NCBI RefSeq assembly: GCF_036365525.1
Contig: NW_027142314.1
Coordinates: 1 to 60,603, forward strand
From: Heterodontus francisci
Lineage: Eukaryota
Length of the DNA stretch: 60,603 nt
Direction of reading: 5' to 3'
The notes beneath the pieces were generated by a model, which was not told the origin of the DNA, ran no database searches, and saw only the letters and a program-made list of their open reading frames with translations. Within the stretch, counting starts at the first letter, position 1. Each line of letters starts with the position of its first letter. The translations under genes were made by a program, and so were the position numbers. This document shows, piece by piece, positions 47,101 through 59,254 of the stretch.

Positions 47101-50100
47101 AGGGACGGACAAGGGGACAGGACAGTTAATGAACAGTATAAAACCACCAGGGACGGACAAGGGGACAGGACAGGACAGTTAACGAACAGTATAAAACCAC
47201 CAGGGACAGACAAGGGGACAGGACAGTTAATGAACAGTATAAAACCGCCAGCATCTCACACACAGGACAATCAGGAGGAAAGGACAGGAGAGTTAAAATG
47301 AACAGTATAAAAACCACACACGGCAGGAGGGGTGAATGGGGAAGACAGGAAATTGCTTAAAATTTGTTAAGAGCCTGCTCGCTCCTTACCGTCTGGGACC
47401 TGCTGCAGTTGCTCCTTCAACATTTCCCCGTTTGCCTGGGGCCACCTTGCAGGGTCTGTGGTGCTGAACCTGAACAGAGAGCCCAGCTCGGCCAGGTACT
47501 GAGACTGGGGGTCAGTGTCAGGGCTCAAGGTCAGTTCCTGCAGCCTCTCGGTCACATCCCGACTTCGTTCCTTCCTGTTCTTGCTGAAGAGAAAGCAGAC
47601 GTGTGGGTTGCTAACAGCGCCACTCGGTCCCATTCCTAGCGCGACGTAATCCCATTCACTCGCTCCCCAACCCCACGGTCGAGTCAGCGTGTCTCACTGC
47701 CCCACCTCCCCCCAACAAGGTGGGACCAGTTCACATCCACCCTCCCCCAGGGAAAGGGGCGCATCAAAAACCCTCCCAGCCAACCACCAAGGCAAGTTTG
47801 GGCACTGACCCTCTGGCAGTCTAGATTCGGGGCCTCCACGTCTCTGGGAGTGGGGATGCCACTATGAAAGGGCAAGTAGAGCAGGAATCACTGCTGTGAT
47901 TTCATCAAATTTTATAGCAGAGAAACAGGCCGTTCAGCCCATCTGCTCCATGCTGTTGTTTGTGTTTCAGCTCCACACGAGCTTCCTCCCACCCCCTACT
48001 TCATTTATCGCTACCCCCCCCCACCCCTTTCACCTTCTTGTGTTCCCCCCCGCTGAGTTGCGGATCTTACTGGGACTTTCTGTGGAGACACTGGATCATC
48101 TGGTGCCGTGCGGTGATGGCCAGCGACTCATTCAGTAGGTACGCGGTGGTGTAGGGATCGCGGAGTCCGAGACACAGGGCCAGCAGGTGGCAGGCCTGGG
48201 CGTACAGGGCACTGGGTGGGCAGTGCCTGATGGAAGAGCAGGCATCAGACAAACAGCTGATCACAGCATCCAGCTCAGCAACATCTGGAGAGAGGGAAAG
48301 GGGGAAGGAGGGGGAGACGGAGAGAATGAAAATACACCCAATGTGGAGCAACAATCCAACCTGCACCGCCCTGTCCCTTCAACCACACTCACTGGTGTCC
48401 CTCCTCCCCCACAGGTACAGAGACCTACCGCCGGTGTCCCTCCTCCCCCACAGGTACAGAGACCTACCGCCCGTGTCCCTCCTCCCCCGCAGGTACAGAG
48501 ACCTACCTCCCGTGTCCCTCCTCCCCCGCAGGTACAGAGACCTACCGCCCGTGTCCCTCCTCCCCCGCAGGTACAGAGACCTACCGCCCGTGTCCCTCCT
48601 CCCCCGCAGGTACAGAGACCTACCTCCCGTGTCCCTCCTCCCCCGCAGGTACAGAGACCTACCTCCCGTGTCCCTCCTCCCCCGCAGGTACAGAGACCTA
48701 CCTCCCGTGTCCCTCCTCCCCCACAGGTACAGAGACCTACCGCCCGTGTCCCTCCTCCCCCACAGGTACAGAGACCTACCTCCCGTGTCCCTCCTCCCCC
48801 GCAGGTACAGAGACCTACCGCCCGTGTCCCTCCTCCCCCACAGGTACAGAGACCTACCGCCCGTGTCCCTCCTCCCCCGCAGGTACAGAGACCTACCTCC
48901 CGTGTCCCTCCTCCCCCGCAGGTACAGAGACCTACCTCCCGTGTCCCTCCTCCCCCGCAGGTACAGAGACCTACCGCCCGTGTCCCTCCTCCCCCGCAGG
49001 TACAGAGACCTACCGCCCGTGTCCCTCCTCCCCCGCAGGTACAGAGACCTACCTCCCGTGTCCCTCCTCCCCCGCAGGTACAGAGACCTACCGCCCGTGT
49101 CCCTCCTCCCCCGCAGGTACAGAGACCTACCGCCCGTGTCCCTCCTCCCCCGCAGGTACAGAGACCTACCGCCCGTGTCCCTCCTCCCCCGCAGGTACAG
49201 AGACCTACCGCCCGTGTCCCTCCTCCCCCGCAGGTACAGAGACCTACCGCCCGTGTCCCTCCTCCCCCGCAGGTACAGAGTCCTACCGCCCGTGTCCCTC
49301 CTCCCCCACAGGTAGAGACCTACCTCCCCTCCAGCCTCCTCCCCCACAGGTACAGAGAGGTACTGCCCACCTGACACTAACCTGCCGAGGACGTTAATAC
49401 TGTTGGCTGCTGTTGCTCACAGTGAGGCCAACTCCCTTTCCTCTCAACAGGGGGTATCGCAGTTTTGGGGTTCTGGGTCGAATCGCAGCGTCTGAGAACC
49501 TCGCACTCGGGCACGTTCCTCGCTGCCACTCTGCGGGAGCCTGGCGGATTTAAGGACACAGGGGAGTGATCCAAAAAAGGGAGAGGGAGAAAAAAAAACG
49601 TTAGGAAACATCAGTGCTGGCTCCTCTTGCCCTCCTTCTCCCAACGTGCTGTCCTTTGCTCCCACACAGCTACTCACACCACCTCCCCCGCAACTCCGAG
49701 AACGCAAGGGCAATTGCCTCTTTCACCCCACCCCAGAGGTCAGGGCGATATTCTGGGACCTCCTGGATCTATGCGGTTGATCTACACTCTCTCTCTCTAG
49801 TTGTCCCACGAGAGAGAAGCCCCAGCCCGGGTAACATTTAACACGGCACATGCAGGTGATCTGATAACCCTCCGGATTAAGGAACATCTGGACCCTAGCC
49901 TCAAACCCCCTCCCCAGGATCGGTTAACCCGCTGAAGTGAGGAACGCCCGAGGCCCTGGTCTCAATCCCCCCCTCCCGATGATGAGCAACGCCTGGGCCT
50001 TGCTCTCTCACCCGGCTCCTCCTGCTCCGTATCAGAGGTGCAGAAAACTTCGATGCCTCTCTCGGTCTCTTCCTCCCCGCACCTCCTGGCTCGTGACCTG

Positions 50101-51713
50101 TGTTTCGCTCTTCTCCCTGCCTCCTCCGGCCGCTTGCTCTGTGCCAGCACTTTGCAGGGAGCTGGGGCCGCTGACCGGTTCTGCCGGCGGGGTTTCGTCG
50201 TGCCCCGGCGGGCGGCTGGCCCGTGTTGTTCCCCGTCCGCGGGCTCTAACGCCCCCTCCTCCACATCGCTGTCGTCAAACTGCTTCTTCAGGCGGGAGCG
50301 AACTCGAGCGGAGACCCTGACCGCAGGCAAGGCCTGTTCTGTCCATGCTGGGGTGGGCTCCTCCTCCAGGACCTCGAACCTCTGCGCCCTGGAGACGGCG
50401 CGGGGTTTATTGCTGCCAGCTCGAGCTGGGGTCTGGATGGACGGCCCCATTGGGGTCTTCCCCGCGGCAACCCCCGGCTTCCTGCCCGCGCCCCCCGCTG
50501 CTCGGCGGAGGGAGGAAGACGACTGCCCCTTGACCCCTGGCCCTCCGCCCTGCGTCTTCTTGTGCTGCCAGCCCCAGACGGGGAAGATGCCAGCCACGCT
50601 ACAGCGGTGGCTGGTCGCCAGCTGACCGATCATGGTGGAGGCCCTGGTGAGAAGCAGGGCTGCCCGACTGTGCTCCAGCTCCTGCAGGCCTGGGCTCCAG
50701 CAGGAGAGCCACTTCAAGCCCCCCTCCAACAGCCGCCAGGTCTGAGCAAAGGGGTCCGAGCCCAGGCTCAGCCAGGCTGACTGAGTGTAGGTCTGGGCAA
50801 TGATCGCCCTCAGTGGAGCCACCAGGGCCTGCGAGCCGTCCTCCCCACTCACTGGGGCCCACAAGTCACTCTCCGGGGCCTCCTTCAGCACCCCGAGTGC
50901 CAGACTTTGCAGAACGGCTTCGAAGCGTGCCCCCTGCGCCCTGCAGCGCTCCCGGACAGTGGTGAGCAGCTGCCCGCTCTCCCCGGTCACCCCGTCCAGC
51001 TGGCTGCGGGCCAGTGCCCACCTCAGGCAGATGGCAGAGAGCGGTAGGTCGGAGCAGACAGGGCAGGGGCACCCGGTGGTGTGGGACAGGAAGGTGGGGC
51101 ACTTCCTCGGCTTCGGCTTCAGGACAGGCGACGCAGTCTGGGCCCACCGGTCGCCTCCGTCCACTGCGTTGACTTGCGCCAGCGGCCGGAACCTGAGGAA
51201 GTCGGGGGTCTCCTCCCCTTCCCTCTGCCCCTCCCTGCTGCCCTCCTGACTCCGCTCCGCTGCACGTCCTTTCCGTGGCTGGATCCTGCCTCCACCTTTC
51301 ACCCTGATCTCCGAACCAAAATCTGCAATGGAGAAGGAGAGAGAGAGAGAGAGAGAGAATGTTTCATTACAAGTTATTCTGCTTTGATTCTTTCCCCCAC
51401 CCCCCTATAGAGCATGACTTTCAGAAGCACTGACTGCCCTCCTGTACCGCACACAGGTGAGCACAGACATGCACCACCCACCCCACCACCCCACCCCACC
51501 CCACTCCAGGCTGGACATTAGAGTCAGGCTGCTCCCGTCGCTGCAGCCTCCTCACCCCCTCAGTCCCAGTAAAGCACTCCCGAGGCTGGGACTGACCTGT
51601 GCAGGACTCCAGGAGCAGCAACACCTGCTCCAGATCCAGGTTGCAAGCTCCAGGATCACCCCTCTGCAGCTCCAGCTCAGCGCTCGCAACCAGAAACTCT
51701 GCACACCTGCAAA

Positions 51714-51766
<53 letters not shown>

Positions 51767-54700
51767 ATGAAGAGCAGGGAGTCCGAGAGAGTCATCTTAA
51801 TCTTGCTGCATTTGGTGTTGTGGAATAAACACTGCACTCTGTCTGGCTGGGCTCAGCGAGTTGCGCTGCGCTCCAAAAAAAAAAAATCAGACTGCCGCGG
51901 GGTCGAGGCCCATCCCAGCTCTTGGGTCCACAGTCAAGGCCGACAGACCAGCGCAATACCAGAGACACACCATTTTTCAGATAGCATAAAACCAGGAGGC
52001 CCCAAGTCACCCTGTTTTGGGTGGATGTCAAAGACTGTCGGTGGACCAACAGAGCATTCAGGTGGGGTTTTTTTTTTTGGGTGGATATTTTATTGCGGGA
52101 TGCGGGCGTCACTAGCCCATCCCCAAAACGCCCTCGAGAGGGTGGCGGTGAGCCCCCTCCTTCGACACAACAGATCGTCTCGCTCGGCCATTTCAGACGG
52201 AGGTCAACGGATGGCCACACGGCTGTGGGTTAGAAGTCACGTGTAGGTCAGACTGGGTAAGGACGGCAGATTTCCACCCTCGAAGGGCATGAACGAACCA
52301 GATTGGGTTTTTTAAATAATGACAATGACGCTAACGGCAACTGTAAAACAAAAGTTTTTTTTTTAAAAAAACAACTTAAAATTCCCCAGCTGCCACAGTG
52401 GGATTTAAACCTCACCTTTGAAGGTCTGCTCAGTAACACAAGCCCTACGCTAACTTTCCCCGCCCGCCAAACTGAAGTTTTTAAGAAAGGAGAGGGCGCA
52501 CGCAGCTTACGGTCGGACGCAGTGCAGCTTGGCAGTCAGTCGGAGAGTCTCGAGGCAGAACATCTTGGCTTCCTGCGCACTCCCCATGGTGCTGAGCAGG
52601 GACACGAGTCTCCGGGAGCAGGTCAGGAGATGGGCCAGAACCAGCCACTTCTGGAACAGGTTGTCCCCTAACAGAGAGAGAGAGGGTAGAGGTGGGCAGG
52701 GTTATATCCATCAGAGCCCACCACTAATCCATATCCCACAGTCGACCTGGGTACTTGACCCACAGCTCAACGGGTGGAGGTAAACACAGGAGACTGAGGG
52801 TCTGAAACAGAAATTTAACCCAATACGAGAGGGAGGGGAGATTAAATCAGGAAAAAAAAGACCATCAGTATTCCAGGTTTTATAACCAGGGATGGGAGGA
52901 GTGATAAACTCGGACAGAACACTGGATAGACCACAGTTAGGGGGCTGAGTGTAGCTCAGGGCCCCCCATTATAGGAGGGTTGTTAAAGCCATAGAATGCA
53001 GCCAGAATGCAGCCATCAAGGTTTTCAATAGGAGAAAGAGTGAGGGGGAGGGAGAGACTATTCTCTGCTTGAGGAGAGAGTGCTGGAGGGACCATCAATT
53101 TAAAATCAAGAGTGAGGAGGAATCCCTTTACACAGGAAGTGGTTGAGGCAAAGCAGAGATTATCCAGGTCTAGGTTAAGAGAGTGGGGCAGTGGGATTGG
53201 TTTGGGGATCGATGCTGAGCTATGGGGAGGGAGTGGGGCAGTGGGATTAGTTTGGGGATTGATACAGGGCTATGGGGAGAGAGGGGGGGCAGTGGGATTG
53301 GTTTGGGGATCGATGCTGAGCTATGGGGAGGGAGTGGGGCAGTGGGATTAGTTTGGGGATCGATACAGGGCCATGGGGGAGAGAGGGGGGGCAGTGGGAT
53401 TAGTTTGGGGATCGATACTGAGCTATGGGGAGGGAGTGGGGCAGTGGGATTAGTTTGGGGATCGATACAGGGCCATGGGGGAGAGAGGGGGGGGCAGTGG
53501 GATTAGTTTGGGGATCGATGCTGAGCTATGGGGAGGGAGTGGGGCAGTGGGATTAGTTTGGGGATCGATACAGGGCTATGGGGAGAGAGCGGGGCAGTGG
53601 GATTAGTTTGGGGATCGATACAGGGCTGTGGGGAGAGAGCAGGGGCAGTGGGATTAGTTTGGAGATTGATACAGGGGTAAGGGGGAAGAGAGCGGGGCAG
53701 TGGGATTAGTTTGGGGATTGATACAGGGCTACGGGGAGGGAGCGGGGCAGTGGGATTAGTTTGGGGATTGATACGGGGCTACGGGGAGGGAGCGGGGCAG
53801 TGGGATTAGTTTGGGGATTGATGCAGAGCTATGGGGAGGGAGCGGGGCAGTGGGATTAGTTTGGGGTTCGATGCAGAGCTATGGGGAGGGAGCGGGGCAG
53901 TAGGATTTTGGCACAGACAGAATGTCAATTCCTACAGTTCACCTAGACGATATAAACTGGATGGATTGTGGGATTAAAACAAAAACACAGTCATGGAGCT
54001 TCCTCGCAGTACCTGGGTTCACGGGACAGCTCATCTCAGGGTTGCTTTTACCAAACATCAGGACTCCGGGGCACATCAGCATCACGATCCCACAGAGGAC
54101 CTTGTGCGAGTCAGTCAGGGCCGACTCTGGGGAGCGCCAACCTGCGGAGAGAGAGAGAGAGAGAGACAGAGGGAGTTTGAGCTGCTAGTCACGCTGACCA
54201 CCTGCCCCCACCCACCCCCCCCTGCGTTTAGTCAGAGTGCTGTTACCTACCTTGGTCCTGGAGCTGTTGGCGGAGATGGGCTGACAGGGCAGAGGGTGAC
54301 AGGCTAAGGTAGAAAGCCACCAGCTGCTGGGCCTTGGCTTTTAGCAAGTACCAGACCTTGGACGACTTCTGGAGCGAAGGGCACTTCAGGACCTCGAGGA
54401 GGAGAGCCAGACCTTCAGGAACCTGCGGCCAGGGGATCAGACACAGAAGAGCAGTCATTCACAGGGAGGAGGAGGAGGGGGGGGGAGGGGGGGGGGGGGG
54501 AGGGAGGTGGAGGAAGGAACACAGCAGTCCCCAGGCTGCAGACGTCAGCTAGTGGCTCAGAGCCAGTGCCTAGATACCACACAGGGAACTCCAAGGGGGC
54601 AGTGCACGGCAGACGTGGCCAGCACGGGCGCAGCTATTTCACATCAGCAGTTTGCAGGAAGCCCTGCCTTTTATATCCTCCCCCCACACCAACCCCCACT

Positions 54701-57700
54701 TACCCAGTTTCCTTTTAGATTCGGTTACAACCCCTCCCTCAGTGATGAAGCATTCCCTGTTATAACAACCCTCTGAATAATAATTTCTAACTTTCCCCTC
54801 CTCCTCCTTCCCCCTCCCCCCACCAAACCACTTCATTCGAGTCTGGGCCTGTTACCGATTCACGGGCGCAAGCAAATCCACCCCCCCCAATCTACCCACT
54901 ACAGACCAGTCCCTCCCGTACCTGCCGGCTGGCGCACAGTAGCTGGCTGCGCAGGACTGAGCAGGTCATCTTCATTAGCAGGTAGTCACCTTTACTGGGG
55001 TCGGCAGTCTTCAGCAGTTGCTCCGCCTCGGCCAGATAGGCCTGAGGGGGAAAAAAAAAACAACAAAAAAAGAGAAAGGAAGATAGGTCAGAATAGGAGA
55101 GATCCCTAAGCCCCAGGACGATACAACAGGCGAGCACACCACCGCTGTCCCCACCCCCCAACACAGCACGGAGAAAGGGCCAGCTCACCACCCACCCAGG
55201 ATGGTATAATGTACATCAGACAGAGTCAGCACATGCAGAGCATCCCCCATCTTACCCCAGCACCTACCTGCATGGGGCCCAGACAGTCCAACAACAGCAT
55301 CATCTCTCCGAGCTGCAGCAGCACATTGACCACAGACAGCGAGTCGGACTGAGCATCCAGTAACCGCAGGCTCAGACTGTAGCTTTCAATGGCCTGGAAC
55401 GGCTGCAAGGGGTGGGGGAAAGGGGGGGGGGGGGAGACAGACAGACGAAGGGAGTCAGTGACCCCATACACACATCCCTCTCCTCTCCCCCCAACCCCCC
55501 CAGCGTAAGACCCTCCTCCGCAAAAGCCCCATCCACCTCCCTCAATACTGGCATCAGCAGTGGGTTGGTAAATAGCCCCTCCCTCCACCAGAGCCCAAAT
55601 TCCTCCTCTCAGGAGAGGGGTTTAAAACTAACTTGGCAAGGGGATGGGAACCAGATGTAATATTAGAAAAGGAGAAACAAGATGCACAAATCATTAGGAG
55701 AGACTGATAGCACCAGAATAAGAAATGGAAAGGTAACCGGGGACAGGGCGTGGGAGGGGGGTGCAGAGTAAGAGGGAACATAATAAAAAGGTCTAAAAGT
55801 AGGTTTACAGTGCATGTTATGTGAATGCACAGAGTTTAGTAAAGAAGGTTGGTGAGCCACAGACACAGATAGCCATGCAAGGGTATGATGGTGTGGCAGT
55901 AATGGGGATCTGGCTCAAAAAAGGGCAGGACTGGGTACTAAATATTCCTGGATATAAAGATGCTCAGGAAAGATAGGGAAGGAGAGAAAGGAGGAGGGGT
56001 GGCAGCATTGATTAATGAGAATATTAGTGCTGGAGAAAAAGAGAGGATGTCCCAGAGGAGTCAAAGACAGAATCTATTTGATTAGATTCAAGAAACAAAT
56101 TGAAGTACCACCACATCGCTGGGTGTTTGCTATAGGCCACCAACTAGTGGGAAAGATGAAGGATCAAATTTGCAGGGAAATTACAGACAGTAGTTAAAAT
56201 GAGGGACTTTAATTATCCTAACATAGGCCGACATAGCAATCGTGCCAAGGGCAGAGAGGGGCAAGAGTTTACAAAGTGCATCATGAGAAGTTTGTACACC
56301 AGGCTGTTTCAGGTCCAAATGAGGAATTGCTGGATTTGGTTCTGGGGACTAGGGTGGGTCAGTGGGGGAACATGTAGCACGGACACGGACACACGCACGA
56401 TTGACATAAAAAGGAATCCAAAAGTCTTCTCTAAGCATATATATAATAAAAAGATGGTAAAAGGAGGGAGTGGGGCCAATTCAGGACCAAAAAGGGGATT
56501 TGCACATAGAGGTAGGGGGCATAGCAAAGGTAAAAAATGAGTATTTTGATAAAGTGCCACATCACAGGCTTGTCAAAGCCAAAGCCCATGGAATAAAAAA
56601 AAAAGGGACAGCGGCAGCATGGATACGAATGACAGGAGACAGACAGTTGTAGTGAAGTGCTGTGGACTGTGGACAGTGAGGTTTCTTAGGGGGCCGGTGA
56701 TAAGACCTCTGCTTTTCTTGGTCCACGTCAATGATCTAGACTTGGGTGCACAGGGCACCATTTCAAAATTTGCAGATGACTCGGAAGTATTGTGAACTGT
56801 GAGGAGGATAGTTATAGACCTCAAGAGGAGTTAGACAAGCTGGTGGAATGGGAGGACACAGATGAAATTTAATGCAGAAAATTTAAAAAAAAAGAGCGGT
56901 GATACATTTTGGGAGAAAGAATGCAGAGGCAATATAAAATAAAAGGTAAATAAGAAAAAAGGTACAATTCTAAAGGGGATGCAGGAGAAGAGGGACCTTC
57001 ATATCCAGTCCTCACTGGATACAAGCGCATTGTCAGAGGATTAGAGAACTGCTAATGTTGTATGTCTGTTTAAAAAGGGAGCGAAGGAAAGATCGAATTA
57101 TTACAGGCCAGTCAGTCTAACCTCAGTAGTGGGCAAATTATCAGAATCAATTCTGAGAAACAGGACATTTTGTCACTTAGAAAGACACAGGTTAATAAAG
57201 GATTGTCAGCATGGATTGGGAAGATCTTGTCCGACCAACTTGATCGAACTTTTGGAAGTAACAAGGAAGTTAGATGAGGGTAGTGCAGTAGATGTGGTCT
57301 ACATGGATTTTAGCAAGGCTTTTAACAAGGTCCCACATGGCAGACTGATTAAAAAAAAAAAAAAAAATCCCATGGGATCCAGGGAAATGCAACAAGGTGG
57401 GTACAAAATTGGCTCAGTGGCAGGAAACAAAGGACAATTGTTGACTGGTGTTTTAGCGACTGGAGGACTGTTTCCAGTGGTGTTCCGCAGGGCTTAGTAC
57501 TGGGTCCCCTGCTTTTTGTGGCGTTTAACGATTTGGATATAAATGTAGGGGGCATGATCAAAAGTTTTGCAGAAGACACAAAGATTGGCCGTGTGGTAGA
57601 TAGCGAGGAAGATGGCTGTAGGAAGATATTGATGATCTGATCAGATGGGCAGAAAAGTGGCAAATGGAATTCAACCTGGAGAAGTGTGAGGTGATGCATT

Positions 57701-59223
57701 TGGGGAGGTTAAACAAGGCAAAGGAATACACGATTAATAGGGAAATACTGAGAAGTGTAGAGGAAGTGAGGAACCTTGGAGTAAATGTCCACAGATCCCT
57801 GAAGGTAACAGGACAGGTCGATAAGGTGGTTAAGGCGGCATATGGAACTGTGTGCAGTTCTGGTCACCTCATTACAGAAAGGATGTAATTGCACTAGAGA
57901 GGGTACAGAGGAGATTTACGACAGTGTTGCCAAGACTGGAAAAATGCAGTTATGAAGATTGGATAGGCTGGGGTTGTTCTCCTTGGAACAGAGAAGGATG
58001 AGGGGAGATCTGATTGAAATGTACAAAATTTTGAGGGGCCTGGATAGAGTGGTGGTGAAGGGCCTCTTTATCTTCGCAAAGAGATCAAAGACAAGGGGCC
58101 ATAGATTTAAAGTGATCGGTAGAAAGATTAGAGGGGAGATGCAAATAAGTTTTCACAGAGGATGGTGGGGTCTGGAACTCACTGCCTGAAAGTGCAGATG
58201 AGGGAGAAACCCTCAACTTATTCAAAAGAAGTCTGGTATACACCTCAAGTGCTGTATCTGCAGGGCTACGGACCAAATGCTGAAGGGCAGGATTAGAATG
58301 GGTGGAATGTTTTTCGGCCAGCACAGACACGATGGGCCAAATGGCCTCTGTGTTGTAACCATTTATGATTCTATGAGGTGAACATGGGTTCCAGTCCTGG
58401 AGGCTCATCCTACATGCGGCCAGTGCCACTGACTCAGTGTTCCAGAGTCAGAGAGGGGTAGGTTTACACAGTTCCCTCTTTCCCCCACTGTTGGTGTTGC
58501 AGTGCCCAGGACAGAGGATAATTACCTTGTCCATCAGCCTGTAGAGAACGGCCATGAGATGCAGGGAGTGGACCGTTTGCTCAGAGCACCGCAGTCTGGG
58601 AACAGGCGTCTCGGAGAGGATGCTTTTCCACAGGGACAGCGCCTTGTCCATGGGTTTACAGCGCTCTGAAACAAACACAAAACACGCATCGGCCCCACAG
58701 TTTCAAACGCAGCATCCGAAATGCAGGACTGCGCGTCTCGTCGACACCCTCTCCAGTTTCCTTCTCCCACACCCGCCCCATTACAGGGCTGACCCAGGGA
58801 ACATTGAGAGCCCAAACCGTATCCCTCACCAATCTCGGGGCAGTGGTGTCGGCCTCACTGCAGCAGGGAGAAATCTCGCTGCTCATCTCCCAGCGGCCAT
58901 GGAATCTGTAACACATACTTAAACCAGACAGACGGGGACTCTTCTCTACACACCTCACCCGCCCCAATCTCCCCCTTTCTAGCTACAACGTCCACCACAC
59001 AGTGAGTCACTTCCAGATCAACATCTGCGAGAGTGTGCTGTGTTGGGGAGCCACGGTGGGGGGGGGGGGGGTTTATGGTAACTGGATGTGTGCTTCTCTC
59101 CCCAGCCTGCAGTGGATTCCCGTTATTTGGAGGAAAAGATCAGCTTTCGCCTCAACTGTCCTGGCCTCCACTGCTCCGGGCGTCAGATGGTCAGTTCACT
59201 GCAGGGGGAAGGGGGGTGGGGGG

Positions 59224-59254
<31 letters not shown>

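Noticed and set aside
42219-47318. TATAAAA in every unit as an antisense promoter array
   Set aside because: A short AT motif copied by tandem amplification; there is no other promoter evidence in the sequence.
48187-49377. Extensin-like [13 protein letters not shown] repeat protein
   Set aside because: A 39-bp intronic minisatellite antisense to ESPL1, open in several frames.
49541-49560. U12-like branch sequence TCCTTAAAT before an ESPL1 acceptor
   Set aside because: The partner donor is GTGAGA (U2 type), and the motif deviates from TCCTTAAC.
49680-49800. Possible extra ESPL1 exon
   Set aside because: The candidate frames I tried hit stops or showed no separase similarity, and the flanking exons already join in phase (G|GC).
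52085-52320. Degenerate interspersed-repeat-like segment (a related short piece lies at ~37772-37822 in the opposite orientation)
   Set aside because: It looks like an old LINE-end remnant, but I cannot classify or delimit it reliably without a library search.
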